Of a DNA stretch of 64,000 nucleotides, positions 26,802 through 41,300 are shown piece after piece. Made by a program: the position numbers and the translations under genes. Source of the DNA: Bugula neritina (Eukaryota > Animalia > Bryozoa). The notes beneath the pieces are model-generated. The model was not told where the DNA came from. It ran no database searches and was given only the letters and a program-made list of their open reading frames with translations. The stretch lies in NCBI GenBank assembly GCA_964035545.1, contig OZ037768.1, forward strand, positions 4,062,741-4,126,740. The letters are read 5' to 3'. Each line of letters begins with the position of its first letter. Position 1 is the stretch's first letter.

Positions 26802-28319
26802 GTTGACTGAGTGTTAGCCTTCAGTTCAGCTGGGGCTGTGACCTCCATACATGGTGACGGCACACTACAAACATAGACATAGACACGTGATTAAGCAGTC
26901 AACATAACCAGCTGTGGAGATATCTCTACATTAAGCTTCCAGTCTAACCTTACCCCAAAAGACAGAAGATATTGTAATACGGCGTTGGTTGGAATGAAAC
27001 TACCAGTGGAGCAGGTTGAGAAGGAGAAAGAGAGACGCTAGCATTCAGTGCAGTCACCTCATACCGAAGAGGAACATTTAGCCAGGCATGCAAACAATAA
27101 CCGTTGATTACACAGTAGAGTTTGAAAGCCGTCCAGGAATAATAGCAATAATAGCTGTAACCAGCTATTCAAAGTAGCAATTAACTAGTACACTGCGAGG
27201 TGTATTGTGTGCGCGATAATAGAGGTATTCGTACAGACTGTACTATTGACCTTACAATGCACCACGTATCTGTACAAACGTAATCCTTTCAAACCTACAC
27301 CGTCGTTTGTCACTTGGCAGTCAAGTAACGCTTCAGCGCCCGTTCAATGCTCCGCAAATATTCAAATCTATCAGCGAGTGAGAAGACAAGTAGTAGCATG
27401 GGTAGCCGCTAAGGAAGTAGCGTAAAACAATAGTTGTCATTGCTTCACAGATAACACAAACCAACTGAGATACTGACATTATACTTTATTGATCTGTAGT
27501 TGATAGACTCAAAAAGCCCTAACTTTAGCTCAGTGTTGTTTAGACTGCCACTTCAGTCCCTCAACCAACCATATGGAAGCTGTATGCTCAATAACAGCTA
27601 TTTGGGTCGACTTGAAACAGAATAGCCGACTGTTAATGCTACTAATATAAAGCACTAACTGAGACCGGGATTTGCACATGTATCAGCAGTTTTGAAAAGC
27701 CCTCTATATAATAAAGTCAAATCTAAGGCAAAACTACCTTTTGAGATGTTTTGGTCTGAGACCCAGTAATTTGGTTACTACAACACAGTTTATTATACAT
27801 CAACTAGATGAGCTTTTCATATCTTACTGGATGAGTTATAATAATTATACATTACTTGTTATCATAGATACCCATTATAATCAGATTAACTACCCAGTAG
27901 GAAACTGCAGTTACAGTTAGTCTGGCTAATCTTTGATTACAAGTGAAATCTTCGACCGAATTCTCAACCTACCAACTGGTGACTGCGACTGACTCCATTA
28001 ACTAACCTCAGCCAATACTTTATTATAAATAAAGGTCGCGCAACAAATTGATGGCACCATGCCAAGATTGTACCCCTGGATAGTAGGTAGTGAGTGTAAT
28101 AACAATCACCGACTACATAGAAGAAAGTTTAGAAAAGCTCTCTATGTGTGATGGAACAACTTGTGGCACAATGTAGAGCCACAATAGTCGGCAATGCATT
28201 TCCCATAAAATAGAGTACACAACTTTATCATGCTTTATTGGGTAACTATCTTTGGGGGCATAACAATTGCACATATCACAAATATCTCTAACTTGATATA
28301 GAGAATGCTAGCCACTTAC

Positions 28320-28377
28320 CATTGATGTTGGACTGTAGGCTAACCTCTTGCATAAGCTACTTCAGTAAACATTTGAT
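28320..28377 (-). other. ASH1L: Putative ASH1L 5' UTR exon 2
   Basis: ttatattgcag|ATCAAATG...CATCAATG|gtaagt; both splice sites are strong and the exon lies upstream of the start-codon exon 26700-26864. Confidence 0.6.
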
Positions 28378-29246
28378 CTGCAATATAACAATAATTGAAT
28401 TTAATATTGTGTTGTAGTCCAGTATAAAAACATGTCTAAGATGGTGATAATAAACACTAAATGATATGCCAGTCACTTTGCTTTATTAGTGCACACTGGC
28501 AAATTAGGACCAAAAATTAAAGTTGGTTCAAAGTTGATGAAAATATAAACTGAGTGGTATAAGTAAAATATATGTATAAATAATAATATGTATGTATAGT
28601 ATGTATGCCTATATACTTATATTCAAACACAACTAAGACAAAGCCTTATGCTACTACATCTTCCAGCCACTAACTACAAATAATAACTCATTGCTGTGAC
28701 AGGAAATACTACACAATATGCGCATTACTACAAAATCAATTAATAGCCTTATTGAATTGAATAAACCAAAGCATTGTTTGAATTGGGGAAATTTAGCATA
28801 CATGTACATATACATATAATGTAAAAGCCTGGGTGAAAGTTATTTTAAAGTAAAAATAATTAAACTTATTTACTTGTAACATAATTGATCATGTTGAATA
28901 ACAGTTCCCATTGACAGTAAAATAAAAATATTAAACAGAACTATTATATGTAACTTTTTGTAGTTCAGTCTAGTTTTACTTCCTGTATAGGCTGTAGTTT
29001 TTGACCAATTTAAATGAAATGAGTGCTAAAATAGAAGACTTCTTGAAACTTTGATAAAAATTTGCATATATTTCGGGAGTTATAAGATGAAGTACGTGTA
29101 TAGTTAAATCATCATTTCAATTTTTCAAGCAAATCACAAATCACTCAAGTGTTTTATTAGCATTTGATCTGCAATATAACAATAATTGAATTTAATATTG
29201 TGTTGTAGTCCAGTATAAAAACATGTCTAAGATGGTGATAATAAAC
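28370..29246. repeat. Exact 86-bp direct duplication (28370-28455 and 29161-29246)
   Basis: catttgatctgcaatataacaataattgaatttaatattgtgttgtagtccagtataaaaacatgtctaagatggtgataataaac occurs twice. Confidence 0.95.
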
Positions 29247-31444
29247 TAAAAATAGAAATACAAGTTTCAGTAGAGCTGCATCTACCTAAACTTCGTTTGG
29301 CTAAAATCCACATCTTAATCATTTTTACAGCATATTATTTGGTTTCACTTGCATTAGAATTAGTTTGTTGTCATGTACTATGGAATCATCCTAACATTGA
29401 TTATCACTTTATGATAATGCTACAAGGTGTAAGTAACAGAAATATAAATATAATAATTATGATAACCCAAAGCAAATAACACAATTTATTGTCTAATAAT
29501 AATATTAATCATAGTAATAATAGTAAATTTCTTTATTGAGTGTTATTATCCTGATTCAGATCAGTCATTATCCATAAAACTATCAAGTATCATGTAAAGA
29601 GCATATTCAATGTCAATGTAATTATTATAACCTATACAAATAGTAATCAATATCACTATCTATATCATATTTAATTTAATATCAACATTATTACTATGAT
29701 TATTATTTCATTATAACAATATTATAATGATAGTGGTGAATGAGTTTAAACTTTGATTAGACTTAGAACCAATATGACAACTCCAACAACAGTAATTGTG
29801 ACAAAGTCCAATAACAAAATTTGAAACTAAAACCCGCCAACATTAGCATTTAGCAAACTATGAGAATTGCAGTTAAATAATGCCCTTTATATAAAAAATG
29901 CAAGCATAATCCTAAGAATGAGAGCAAAGCTGATCATAAAGACAGGGCAAAACAAAATTAAGAGATAAATTAAATTCTCAACTTTAATGCTTATTCCAGT
30001 CATTGGGTAATGCTGTTGCAGTATAAGTAATAAAATTACCTTTAATGGATATCAGAAACTCAAACTGTAACCAGTAAGAGCATGGATATGAGTATCAAAT
30101 TGAATAAGTTTGAAATATAAAGTTAATAGTCAAACTAAAACTTGACATAACATCATGTAAATTGTAATGACTGGGAGGTCAAATGTTAAGTAACTCTAGC
30201 ACATCACCCCATGTTATTAACATTAAGTCTAACTTCAACTTTAAGAGCAACTAAACCTTCGCAATATTATTACTGGTATTAGTACAAGTATCACTATGAT
30301 TATCAGTATGCGTCTGTTAATAATAGTCAACGGTAAGCAACCCAGTTCCAAGTTCAAGTATTATTATTAGTATTTGTGTTAACTGTTAGTAATAACTAAT
30401 AGTAATAGTAATACTCATGGTTATACTAAAATAAGCTATCACACTAAGTTTAATAGTAAAATTATGGCCTACCATCCAGCAGGACTACTACAGTGAAAGG
30501 TGACCACACTAATAGTAACATTAATAATAATACCATTACTATTACTATTAGTATTCAGTAACAATAGTGACACTAATACTAATAGTATTAGCTCAAACAA
30601 GTAAAATACTGAACCGATACTGATAGTTAATGTTATTACAGTTACTTATACTTATAACTTAAACTTAGTACAGTTTGAGTTTCAGTGACCAATTAAATGT
30701 TGAATGATTTCAAATTTTAACATTATGATTATCATTATGATGAAAATTAACATCCGGACCACTACCAGTGTCAAGTGTGTATGACACTGACTGTATCTTT
30801 TGAAGGTGTTCTAACTTCCAAGTGTCTAGTAGGATTTTGAATTAGGAACATCAACCTGAAAGTTTAATCTCATATTCATTTTGATTTTCTGTATTATAAT
30901 TATGACTATGAATCAGTGTGAGTATCACGTATAAGTATGAGTGTGCCCATTACATTAGTAATACTAATAGTAATAGTAATCAATTAGTCTTACAGTTACT
31001 CTTACTGTCTAAATGAGTGCCTTAGACCTAAATTTAGTATTAAGTATTAACTTTCACTTTGGCTTTAGAGTTAGTTTCTGGAGTGATTTACTCTTAGTTT
31101 TACTTTTAGTATAATAATAATATTTATTAAAAACCAAAACTTTAATTTTTTAATTTCTATTAATAATAGTATTACTACTAGTATTTCTATTTGAGTATTT
31201 CATTTTCAGTTTGACTTTCAGTAATTGACTTTCAGTTTCACTATTTTAGTATTTAAATTTCGGTATAACTCTTAGTCTTTGTAGCTTAGATTAACAGCAA
31301 CTGTGAGTTATGGATTAGTGCATAGTCATAAAGATACAACTTTAGTAGGGACATATGGATTAGAAAGTATGCGACATTAGTGCTGGGAGAAAGGAGTTCA
31401 TTTCTCTAATTACATTTAATCACGTATCAAATTCTAAATTCTAC

Positions 31445-31510
31445 CTGTTTTCTCAAAATGGAGGTCATTTTTTAGATGTAGTAAAAGATTCCACTCGCTG
31501 TCACGAGCCT
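31445..31510 (-). other. ASH1L: Putative ASH1L first (5' UTR) exon; 5' boundary unknown
   Basis: AAAACAG|gtagaa donor at 31444, next to a CpG-containing, less AT-rich patch between ASH1L and RRP12. Confidence 0.4.
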
Positions 31511-31770
31511 CGAGAAAATTGCGTTTAACCTCTTATAACCCGCAATCTGTAGCCCATTTAGCTGTAGATTATAGTTTTTACATAGAAAAGAATACCACGA
31601 GGGTTCTCATAACTTGTGGAAGTCGAAAATATGCATTTACCTTTTAGTTTTAACAAGAAAACCTGTTTGATATTATATTATGTTGTTAGTGGTCATTAAA
31701 TCGCTTAAATCAATAGCTTAGATTAAGTTTTAGGCTCACATTTACACCGATAAGTATAACGATTGTAAAA
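31500..31770. promoter_or_regulatory. Likely bidirectional promoter region for ASH1L and RRP12
   Basis: The two genes are head-to-head. A CpG-containing patch is flanked on both sides by low-complexity AT-rich tracts. Transcription start sites cannot be determined from sequence. Confidence 0.4.
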
Positions 31771-32313
31771 AGCTTGTTTTTATAATATTAAAATTAAATT
31801 CAATTATTTAAATTATCATTAAGACTAAAATTATCAATATCATTATGATTAATATCATCACTAATCATTATGAATGATATTATGATTATCAATTTCATTT
31901 TCAATTTGATTTTTATTTTCAAATCTCAACTTGTACTTATAGTTATACTAAGTAATAAAGTATTATTATTAATATTAGTTTTCGTATTACTATTAATATT
32001 AATATTATTCATTATTGTTACTCGTAGTGATAGTCTAGTAATACTAATAGTAATACTTTTACCATTTTTATATAAATTGTTCATCTGAATATGACCGCAT
32101 CATATGCCTAGCCCTATGGTGTCTTGAAAACACTTAGGCCTTATGGTGTACCACTTCCAGTTATTAGTTTGAAAAGTCTCAAAAGCTATGCTAGCTGTAA
32201 ATATTATAATCATAATGATACCACCTTTAGATGGCACATGGCATGCTATTTATTCATTTGAAAACTTGCAGGTGTACAACTACAAGTGCTCTGTAGAATT
32301 TCAACTGTGAACT

Positions 32314-35300
32314 ATGGCTAAAATGAAAAACCAAACTGCAGGAATAAAAAGTAAATCAAAGACTAAAGTTCGATGGAAGAAAGGACAAAGCTCTAGCAGT
32401 AATCCTGAAACTAAGAAACACAGAAACGCAGCTAAAAATAGGTTTTTTGATACCAGTACTGGTCAGTCTCCAGGTAATCACTGTTGATATCTTAAAGTTG
32501 GTTAAAGTCATAGTACAAGCACATCATTTAATATATATTTTACACTTCTGTTCCATTTGCTGATGTTTATAAATGTGGCTCAATAAATTAATGTAAACAA
32601 GTATTTTTGCCTAGCAATTTCTTTCAAATCACACATCTATGCTTTTTCTATTATTGGTCAGTATAAAGTTATTCTATCAATACAGAGTATTAGATATAAG
32701 CTGATCATTCCAGTTATAATCTGGAAAAAAGTCCCCATAGTTGATATTTTTAAGCCCATATCAAATTACATGAATAAACTCCTATATCACATATTGAGCA
32801 GCTTGTACAACGCATATTTATCTACCTTTTTGGTTCTTTCATTGAGAGAGGTTACAAATCTAATACTTCTCTAAGTGGTATGTTTTACTGTGCGCCTAAA
32901 TTTGGAAGGGAAAAAATTATTGAAATAAATCTGTGTATTGATTTTTTAATGCGGGTTTCTTGCAGAATCTTCTTAAAACCGAGACTGTAGTAATGACTGC
33001 TGATATTCTTTATAGGCCCCAATCAGCTAACTGTCTCGGCTCTCGAGAAACACGATGAGGAATATTCGCACGGCGTTTCTAGGCCAGACTCAGATGCCGC
33101 GACATTCAAAACTTGGGCAACACATTATACTGAATGCACTAATACCACTTTTAACAAAGTGCATCAAAATTGGAACAATGATGCAATGCAGAAGGAAGTA
33201 CGTAACACAGTGTTTGTATTCTTGTGTGTATACATTTGTCTGTCTGTCTGGAAGTCCATAAGTAAGGTATTTGTAATGTTTTACAGGAGTTGACTGTAAT
33301 TCACTTCCTATAATATTTACAGGTGTTGGCTGTACTAGCAGCAGTCACAGAGATAATCAAAACTCAAGGCGGTCAGGAAACAGAGGCTGAATATTTTGCC
33401 ATACTGGTACGTTTAGCCTATCACCATATAACTACGTGTTTCAAAACATCTTTCCTTCGCTTTTATAGGCGTTTACTAATTAGTGTTCTTTTCTTTAGAT
33501 GACTACCTTAGAGACAACAGAAGATACCACGGGTCTTAGTGCCACTTTATATCTCCTGAATTTGGTTCTCAAAAAGTAAAGTATTCCTTCATCTCACTGT
33601 AAAATAGAAATGTGTAAAGAAAACATCATTTTTTTGTATTGTAATAATCATTCTATAAATTTAAAGTATACTATATTTACTGGGCTGTTTTATAATTCAA
33701 GCAAGACTTTGATCGTTTTAAAGTCTTTACCTCTGCATTTTCTTTGGGCCGAACTGTTTTCAATAGGTATTGGGTTTATATTGGAATATTTGCAGACTTC
33801 CTCGTGCTATTCTTCAAGCAAAGTTTGGAAATGTTTCTATGGTTCTCATGAAGTTGATAGAAAGACATGCGGCTAGTGAGGGAGCTGCTCTCATATCCAA
33901 GGTGAGTTGTTTCCTCTCTATCTTTCTCTACTTTACCTACAGATTATTTTCTAAGCTCTGCCATTATTTCCAAACAACTCTGTGATTCCATATACTCTTG
34001 CAGCTTATCAGTTGCTTGACAACTCTGTTGAGATATCAAGATATGGCCACGTGGACTCAGTCATCCACCACCACCATGTACCACAGTCTCCTCTCATTCT
34101 CCAGCTACTCAAAACCTAAGGTAAGTCACTTCTTCATGGCTCAGATTTTTACCATCTTGGAAGGGAATTGAAATCACCTGTTATATATTCACCTGCCGTA
34201 TAATTACTTGCTATATATTCATCTGCTATATAATTACCTGCTATATATTCACCTGCCATATAATTACTTGCTATATAATTACCTGCTATATAATTACCTG
34301 CTATATGATCACCTGCTATATAATTACCTGCTATATAATCACTTGCTATATAATTACCCTCTATATAATTACCTAAAACATCTTCTTGTAATTTGATTGT
34401 TCACAAATTCAGGTTAGGAAAGCCGTTAGAGAAGCTGTGGTAATAGTGTTGAAAGGAAGTGAGATTATAAGAGATGGCACTGCAGAGGTACATCCTGCTG
34501 CAAGTGTTACGGAGAAATACTGTATTGAACACATCCAACAGCTACTTAACAGATCCCTGATACAGAAGTCAAAAGGTTTCTGTTTGCATTTTAATAAAGA
34601 CTAATTAAACATTATTCAGTGGTTAGCTGTTTATGGTGAGCCTATTTGTAGTCTTTTTCCAAACAGAAAGTGTTTATTGTAATAAACACTCAACGCTAAC
34701 GATCATTAGTATATGTAATATATTAATTTGTAGATACATCTATATACAGCGATGTCACCCACACACTGCAGTTAATTAAAGATGTAATTGGATGTTTTCC
34801 TAAGTCCAGCTTAAAGACTTCCTGTGAACTGGTGTTGCGGCTGATGGCTTTAAGCAATGTGGTAAATAGCATCCCTTGCGTCTAATCTTTTCTCGGTTAT
34901 TACTTACGAACGAAGTTTTTATTACTTCATCTAAAATCTAATTTGTTTTGGTTTAGTCTGAAATTTCAACACAAATGAATCCATAATGTATTCGATATGT
35001 AATACGGTAATGTATAATTTAGCAAGATTTTGAACATTTCAATTACATGTTAACATTTTTTCACTTGTAAAGTTTAAGCATAGAGAAGCTCGAGTTTTTC
35101 AATGGCAGGATTATTCTATGCTATACTTTTATTGCAGGTTTTGAAAGGCGTGTGCTTAGAAGTTCTAAATTCTCTTTTCTGTTCTGAACCACCAGTGGAG
35201 AGGTTTACCACCGACCTTAACGCCCGTGTTATCACAGTAAGAGCCTTACAGCTATATCTCTGCTTTACATACTTGATATATGAGTACTTCTGCTTTCATA

Positions 35301-38300
35301 GTCATCGATAAGGTAACTCCTAAAGTAATATGGTATATATTTAAATTTGGAATAAAGTGTGCAAGTTTTTCTCATTTAATATCGTATAAAAAATTCCATT
35401 TGCTAGTCTAGAAGCTTTTAAACAATTCCTTATCAAAAAAATCGATTTCAGTTCAATTTATCTTAGCCTTATATGATGCCTCGCTATTTTCTTTGGACAC
35501 TTTTATATGTAGAACACATGAAACTTCATGACTTTTTTATCTACAATCTTGTAATATTCTGCTTATTGTTAGTGCACTAAATATTGACATATACATTTAT
35601 AGCGAAGATGAATCTATACTACATTTTTGCAATAAGTATGTTAATCGTGTGTGTGTTTCACCTTAGGCTTTGTACGATTTCCTCCCAAATGTGAATGACA
35701 TACAAATGATGCCGGCATGGCTCCTCGTTATGGAAAATGCCTTGATCAACTTAGGCAGGTCAGTAAGAATGCTACTTCTCTGTTTATTTAAAGTTGTCGT
35801 AATTCTTCAGTTGTTTATTGTCTCCTAATGAATTATTTGTTGATGTTTTTGATTCAACACAAGACTTGATTTATTTTTTCACTCGCAAGAATTGTAAACC
35901 TAAATACTAGGGCCTAGTTAGTTCTTTTGCCTTGTTGGGAATGTGACGACTTTTTGAAAATATTGTCAATATTTTTTTCTTTCAGTTTCTGCAGTAAAGT
36001 TGGGTCCTGGTGTCTGAAAACTGTCTGTTCAATAAGTTGAATACCCACTCTGTCCAGTTACATTTATGCAACATCAAAACATTTAAACATGTCTTCCACT
36101 ATCAGCTACATACAATTTCAGTGTTGTGTGCCCCAACAGTTTTATTTTATATTAAATTTAGTGGTATTCTCTAAGACTAATGCTTGCCAGTCTATAAGTG
36201 GGAGTCATTTCTATTTTCCTCAAGCAAATTTCCCAGCAAGCTGGTTTAACAGACAGTCACATGATATTGAAAAATGTGTTGCATGCCACAGTCACATGAT
36301 GTGTTACACGTCACAGTAGCATGATGTGTTACTGTCACATGATGTGTCACAGTCACATAATGTGTCACAGTCACATAATGTGTTACAGGAATGATGAGAG
36401 TCTCTGCTTGTCTCACCTGCCTAGATTTGTGAGTTCATGTCTCAAGTGTTTGCTGGCGGAGAGGATGGAGAGTATGACAGCCGCTGCCGTTACTCTGAAA
36501 GTAAGTTTACCCATGTTATAGAATCTTATTCACAGCTAATGCCACTATAACATAGTGCAATGCTTGTTTCTTTGTGTAGCTGTTGTAATGGCTTAATGGC
36601 ATATCTATACAGTTAATAAATGATTACCTTTTATGAAGATCAGATTGGGGTGAAGTAGTTCTGCAGTTTATCCTTTCTCAAGCATTTTTTCCATTACAGT
36701 AATATTTGTAGAGTTGAAACAACTCCCTCTCAAGGTGGTTTTCATTTTAAACATTTAGTATTGGCTTGTCTGGTGTTAATCTAACCTATGCTATGAATGT
36801 TTGTAGTGCATCATAATGCAATTCCTGGGTAGCATACCTGCAGACAGATTCCCAGATCACCTTTCTCGAGCAAACGCTCCCCTCCCAACGGTTATAGCGT
36901 ATCTGACAGCCACGCTGGGTTACCAATATCACGCCAGCTGGAGTCTAGTGCTGCAAGTCTGGGCCTCTATGTTTGAAGTTATGGGGAGCCATTGTGCTGA
37001 GCAGTTCTCTAGGGTTCGTATTGGCATAAATTTAAAAAAATCTTGTTTTCATACACATTACACTAAGTTTTTTTGAATAAAGATGGCAAATTCCTAATTC
37101 TTAGTACCAACTAAGAATTTATCCACCAATTTGATTGCCATGGCAAAGCATATTGCAACTAGTACTGATATACGAAAATTTGATTATAATGAAACCTCAG
37201 AATTCGTGAGGTGGTGAGCACTTGGATTCTTGCTGTTGAAACTATTTTAAAAAGCTGAACGTTTTTTAAAATGCTTAGTAGTTCCAAGCTATGTCTCTAT
37301 TTTTCCACCAGTTTTCTGCACTCGTCGCAATGAGTGTCTATACTCTATGCAGTTGAGAGGTATGTTGGCTCAAAAACTAGTCGCCACTTTTCTAGTCACA
37401 GCTGATGATCATAGATATTGCAAGTGACATGTTACTGTATCACTCTGTTACATTGTATTTAGGTGCTCAAAGACATGTCCGAGTTGCGTGAGAATCCTGA
37501 GTTTGGGTACAAGGCTGAGTTAGACAGAGCTGTGGGGTCTGCAATTAGATACATGGGGCCGCGCGCTGTACTCACCGCTATACCTCTGGAGTTCAGGTTA
37601 GTTCAGCCCTAATGCTACTTCTCTTTCTCCCGGTGTCTCTGCATGTCCCTTAATACCCACACTTCTTGTTTAAAGTGTGTCTGGAAATGATGTGAGAAGG
37701 TCATGGCTGATGCCCATACTGAGCAACTGCATATCACACACGGAACTTGCCTTCTTCCTTGAGTACTTCTTACCGTTGGCTGCTAAATGTCGAAATATTG
37801 CGGCTGCAAGACAGGAAACAGGAGATATAATCCAGCAGAAAGTTCATGAGACGCTAGTGGTGCAAATTTGGGGTCTTTTACCAGCCTTCTGTACAAAGCC
37901 CACAGATTTATTGACTGTATGTACTTTATACATAACACTATTGTCCAATTTAATTCTGCATTATTGTATCAATAGCGTCTGATATATAATATATCTATTG
38001 CCTCCAAGAATAGTGGGCTGAATTGTGAATTAATTATTAAAATAATCAAATTTAATTCCATATGAGTAACAGTCACTACTCAATGCATTGCCATTTCTTA
38101 ACTCTTATAAACCTGAAATGTAAAGAATATGAAACTATTCTAAATAAAGTATGCATTCATTTGATTATATTGTGTTGTATAGTTTTTACTCTAGTCAATC
38201 AAATTCTGTTTTGTTTGTTAGTCTTTCAAGAATTTGGCCAAAACCCTGGGCCAGACCATCTCCGAGCGAGCAGATTTGAGGTCCTTTTGTCTCTCTGGAC

Positions 38301-41300
38301 TTCGAAAGCTCATTCACTTTTCTAAAGACGATGGTATGCCTCACTTCTTGCAAAATATTTAGCTGGTCGTAGTGGACATCTGGTCTGTGTATAACTTAAT
38401 TTATTTTGTTAAAATCAAACATTCTACGTATTGACTTTACGTATATCTAAATTTCCAAATTTGGAGTTATGACTTGTAGATGAATACAGGCCGGAGTTAG
38501 CCAAGTATGCTAAGAATTATCTTCCCATCCTCTTCAATATTTTCACTGCTGATCCTTCCGAGGGAGCTGGCTCTCGGGTAGATCAGCAAGTTGTGCTGGA
38601 TACCATCAGAGAGTACATGCAGCTAACTGACCAGAAGGTAGGTACCAGTCTGTCTATGTGTTGAGAAGAATGATTGTAGATTATCTTAAAGAAATATTTT
38701 GCTGCTTTATAAAAGGAAATGCGGCAATGGAATAAATATTTTGGCGTTTTTCTCCATATGCTTTCATCTCCATAAATTGTTTGTATTTTTGCTCAAAGCT
38801 AGCTTAATTCTACAGCAACATCTTTCACCATTTACTGTTTAGTCACATAATGTAATGAAGCCCACTACACATGTATGTCCTTGCTTTATTCAGCTGGTGC
38901 ACACGTACTTTGACAAATGTCTCGATAATGTAACTGAAAACACAGCCCAAGATGCATCTGCCAAGTTCAAAAGGAATGCCTTGCTAGATCTGGCAATCAG
39001 CATGGTACACTACGTGGATATAGAGAGACTTACTAAGATCTGCGGCTACGTTACTCCACTCCTCCAGGTTAGTCCTTCCTGGCAGAATTCTATTCCAATA
39101 TTCAAGAATAGTTTGTCTTGTATTTACTTCATGGTTTCTTATACCACAATTTTATCTAAAGAATGCCCTATGAGACTCGTTTACTTGACTAATGAACTTG
39201 TAAAGCACTATCTAACATCTTGTCTTTGCTACACATGGAGTTGTCTGCCCTATTGATACATCAAGGTAAGTTTGTTATATGGCTGTTTGCATATCGATAT
39301 ATGTATCTTCCACCACTGGTTTATATTACAGGGTACTGACAAAACGCTACAGAAGAAAGGATACAGATTTCTGGACAGCATCTGTACGATGAAGACTGCA
39401 ACCTGCTCAGAGTTTCTGTCTCAAAATATGCAGTTACTGCAGACAATGCTGTTGAGTAATCTCTCCACCTCCAACTCTTCATCTAAAGGGGTAAGTTTGA
39501 CCTCACTGCCTCACCTACTACCTGCCACCTGTTCACCTACTACCTGCCACCTGTTCACCTGCTACCTGTTCACCTACTAACTACCTGTTCACTTACTACA
39601 TGTTCACCTACTACCTGTTCACTTACTACATGTTCACCTACAACCTGTTCACTTACTACATGTTCACCTGCCACCTGTTCACCTACTACCTGTTCACCTA
39701 CTCTCTGCTCACCTACTACCTGTTCAACTGCTACCTGTTCACTTGCCACCTGTTCACCTACTACCTGTTCACTTGCCACCTGTTCACCTGCCACCTGTTC
39801 ACCTGCTTCCTGTTCACCTACTACCTGTTCACCTACTTCCTGTTCACCTACTACCTGTTCACCTACTTCCTGTTCACCCGCTACCTGTTCCAAGACATTC
39901 CAATATATGCTATAAAATAGATAATGTATATAATTCTACATCTCACCAGCGTATACCTATATATTTAGAAGATTATACATTTACATAGAGCATGTTGTAC
40001 TTGTACTAGTCTCTCCACTTTCTATAGGGTGAGGAGTTAATTTTATGTCTAAATAATTTATTTTCTCGCAATATATATTTGCGTTTAGTTAGTCACAATC
40101 CCTGTGAAACCGCCAATGGTAAGGGGCTCTTCAGGTTGGCTAAGGACTGCCTCTCATCATGTCAGTACCATGGTTTCACTTTGAGACAGCAGAAATTATG
40201 TTACAGCCATGTATATTATGTTACAGCCGTTTATACTGTGTTACAGCTGTGTATATTGTGTTACAGCCAAGGTTGAGGTGTCTAATCAACATATTCAAGA
40301 TGATGGACTCAGAAAACCGAGACTTTCTGGTAGCAGTCTTGCCCGAGGCCTTACTGTGCACCAGAGAAATTGGAGAAACAGCGAGAAAGCATGCGTATGA
40401 CTTGTTGGTTACCATGTGTGAAGCCAACATAGCCTGGCATCCCGACAGAGAGCTTAACAGTGGGTTGTTTTACACTACGTTAACTTATTTCTTATTTTGA
40501 CAATGACATCCAGTCATTGAGTTTTATTTTTATTATAAGAATAAAAATCTGGTTTTTTTAGTACGGGGGGGGGGGAGTTTTCTGTCCTAAATGTGTTTGT
40601 AAACCTATTTATCTCAGGGACTATAAGCTTCACATTTTATTTTTCAGCAAGTCTCTTTAGTTAGAGGATGTTTTACTCCATAATTTTATATTTTGAACTT
40701 CAATAACAAATAATTATTTATTCTACTTTTAAAAAAACTAAAATAACTTTAGTACAAGTCTAGCTGCATAATGAATGGCCAATCACTTCTGGATACACAT
40801 TTTTAAAAAAATTCCTTTGTGTTTCTATCATGTACTTTTTGTATTTTCTTGGGGACGATTTATGTGTTTATTTCTATGTACCTATAATAACCTAAAATGC
40901 CAGCAAAAATGAAAATGTTAAACTGACGTTGAACTATTGTGTTGAGTTACTTGAATTACAATAGTTTTGGCTGCTATTGTATTAGTTTCATATGTCTTGA
41001 ATTTTAGAAGCAGTTGGATTTAGGTAACTGCTGTTAGATTCTGTTTCGCATTATTCATGACCTTAGCTGGTGTGATTTGTTGTGCTATGTTATTGTAGGC
41101 AGCGTTATGGACTTCCTACAGATGATGGTGGCAGGCCTGGCTGGGTCTCCATCCATGATTCACTGCACGGTGCTGGCCATCACAAGGATTGTGTTCGAGT
41201 ATAGAAAGGTGAATTCCTATATAATGGCAATTCTCTCTGGTGGAAATCAAGTGTTGGCATAAAACATACATGCATCAGCCAATTTATTCATATACCTTGA

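Noticed and set aside
39570-39988. ORFs with EQVVG / YLFTC / LPVHL pentapeptide repeats
   Set aside because: Translations of an intronic 15-bp minisatellite. The RRP12 exons splice around it (39490 to 40267).
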